64,000 nucleotides of DNA from Nostoc sp. DedSLP01 (lineage in GTDB: Bacteria; Cyanobacteriota; Cyanobacteriia; Cyanobacteriales; Nostocaceae): assembly GCA_034530875.2 (NCBI GenBank), contig JAVRCJ020000006.1, positions 96,001-160,000 of the forward strand, given 5' to 3'. This document shows positions 62,261 through 64,000 of the stretch, one piece after another. Position numbers and translations under genes: made by a program. The notes beneath the pieces are model-generated. The model was given only the letters and a program-made list of their open reading frames with translations. It did no database searches and was not told the DNA's origin. How positions within the stretch are numbered: position 1 is the stretch's first letter; each line of letters starts with the position of its first letter.

Positions 62261-63091
62261 TTAGTTCATCGATTGCTCGATAGCTTTGTAGTTGTTAGTC
62301 GAATCTGTAAGCAAACGAACTTTAATCTCATCGTAAAATTCCTCTTGAGATAACTCTACTTTGGATTGAGCCGAAAGTAGTAATAACGCCCAGAAAACGC
62401 TAACTAGGTGACCGTGTTTAGAGTCGTGTCCAGAACCATTTTGAGATGATTGCCTTGTCTGAGTCCACAACTGTACGAGTTGTTCTAAATTCAACCAATT
62501 TTGTTCTAAAGATAGCTCTTTTGCCGATAATTTCATCACTTGCTCTAGTTCTCCAGCTACTTCTGTGAGATTTTCTTGGTGAGCTAGTTCTAGAGCCTGC
62601 CGCATACTTTGGATGCTAGGCTGACGCCTGGGACGGATGGGTTTGCTGGTTTTCTCTACGAGTTTGAGCTGGTTAGCCATAATCTGTAATTGCTCAATTA
62701 ACTCTTGCAGAGTTACCCGGCGTTTTGGTGGCGGCATTGCTGCTGGACGACGACGCAATTGCCGTTCTAATGGTAGACGAGGGCCATGAGGTAAGATTCC
62801 ATCTGCATCTTCCAATAGAGAATCATCTAGTACACCATCTTGTGCATCTTCTACTGTTGACAATTGCATTAAGGTATTAGCTTTGAACAATACCAACATT
62901 GATGCTGATAAAAAGGCTTGTCCAGATTGAGACAAGTCAGTTTCGTAGCGTTTTCCTATTGTCTCTGGCGCCATCAATTCTAAGTAACGATCGATCACCT
63001 CAATCACTTGGACATCCCAAGGGTCAATTTCCCCCTGCTCGGCTTGATGAATCAGCAATGTAATTGTTTCTAACAGCTCGGAAGCTTCCAT
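62261..63091 (-). CDS. scpA: Segregation and condensation protein A
   Basis: EIDPWDV...FLSASMLVLFKA; C-terminal FWALLLL...VELSQEEFY kleisin end. Confidence 0.88.
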   Translation of the reverse strand: MEASELLETITLLIHQAEQGEIDPWDVQVIEVIDRYLELMAPETIGKRYETDLSQSGQAFLSASMLVLFKANTLMQLSTVEDAQDGVLDDSLLEDADGILPHGPRLPLERQLRRRPAAMPPPKRRVTLQELIEQLQIMANQLKLVEKTSKPIRPRRQPSIQSMRQALELAHQENLTEVAGELEQVMKLSAKELSLEQNWLNLEQLVQLWTQTRQSSQNGSGHDSKHGHLVSVFWALLLLSAQSKVELSQEEFYDEIKVRLLTDSTNNYKAIEQSMN

Positions 63092-63272
63092 CAGCAGCTA
63101 CTTAAGTTAATTAATCAGAGTCGAAAAACCTAAGAATAACAGAGGGAGTGGTGAGTGGGGAGTGGGGAGGTGGGGAGATGGGGAGCAGAGGAGCTGGGGG
63201 GAAGTTGCACTAACTCTTTCCCCTCTGCCCCCTATCCCTTCTGCTCCCCTGCCTCTTCCCCATACCCAAATA

Positions 63273-63467
63273 TTAAAACCGCCACCAAGTTCTTTGAGCA
63301 TAACTGATAATTCCGATCGCGATCGCCCCCAGTAACAGCAGCCAAATAATTCCACCCGGGATAAACGTGAGAATGCCAAAGCCTCTGAGTATCCAGATGG
63401 CTAGGCTCATACCAAGAAATATACCGAAAATTTGGATTAACCTACGATTTAAAGAAGATTGGCTCAC
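63273..63467 (-). CDS. Small two-TM membrane protein
   Basis: LRGFGILTFIPGG; RBS gagga. Confidence 0.7.
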   Translation of the reverse strand: MSQSSLNRRLIQIFGIFLGMSLAIWILRGFGILTFIPGGIIWLLLLGAIAIGIISYAQRTWWRF

Positions 63468-63936
63468 TTAGTTTTCCTCTCAACTCAACAGACATTACAT
63501 TTAGTATTGATATTCAGTTATGAAGATACGATGAAATTTGAATGTCATCAGAAATAACACGCAAAAATTAGCAGACACTAACTAACAAAAGCCACCAAAT
63601 ATCCAAGAAAGTTTCTACTGAGGTATTTTCTAGAATTAGCCTTGGTAGCTGAATATTTAGATCGTGTTTGTGCCATTTTAGCTGTTAAAAACTTGATTTT
63701 ATATTTACGAATATTGCTTTAAAAAATTTTTACTTAAGTGTTGATTGTGTTAATTGTGATAAGGAATACTTTTTTTGCAGTAAACTAACTGAAATAATTA
63801 TCAAAAAATTAGTGTTTCCGGAAAGAACAAGTACTAAACTGGAACTAAAATTTAGTGGATTGAATCTGGATCGAGTGTAATAGCTTGTAGTTTCAATCTT
63901 TTTAGGTGGATAAGTTGAGGAGCGACGGAAATTATT

Positions 63937-64000
63937 ATGTCTGCGTCTGATATATTAAACTCAATTATTGCAGGTTCCAATATGGCTTGGAGTCAAGATA
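63937..64000 (+). CDS. Possible 5' end of a CDS running off the window
   Basis: ATG opening MSASDILNSIIAGSNMAWSQD; gaggag upstream. Confidence 0.35.
   Translation, partial: MSASDILNSIIAGSNMAWSQD

Noticed and set aside
1011..63379. Numerous short antisense/overlapping ORFs in the track, including STRR-derived ones (e.g. 35667-35867, 57745-58142, 63107-63379)
   Set aside because: Shadow frames of well-supported genes or translations of heptamer repeats

Overview
Chromosomal window from a heterocyst-forming cyanobacterium (Nostocaceae-like), judged from frequent HIP1 (GCGATCGC) sites, heptamer STRR repeats and gene content. The core genes are ribE, birA, pgeF, csaB, hisA, sphR-sphS-phoU with a Crp regulator and porin, tkt, fabF, acpP, lpxD, a MarR-EmrAB efflux cluster, acs, ndk, speA, cugP-like and scpA. 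Four AT-rich accessory cassettes interrupt this backbone, each abutting a Uma2 endonuclease-family gene: (1) a pentapeptide-repeat/HNH fusion; (2) an IetAS-like AAA-ATPase + S8 protease whose protease has a ~165-aa internal duplication; (3) a three-gene cassette encoding a 5-hmdU-DNA-kinase-like protein, a degenerate MazG-like protein and a Dcd/dUTPase-fold protein with substituted catalytic residues and a C-terminal TM helix; (4) a RelE-type TA module with a chimeric antitoxin, a DUF6888 pseudogene and a 21-bp tandem array. Cassette 3 is the best candidate for an undescribed system. No rRNA, tRNA, CRISPR array or intact transposase was seen. All family calls come from motif recognition by eye, not from database searches.
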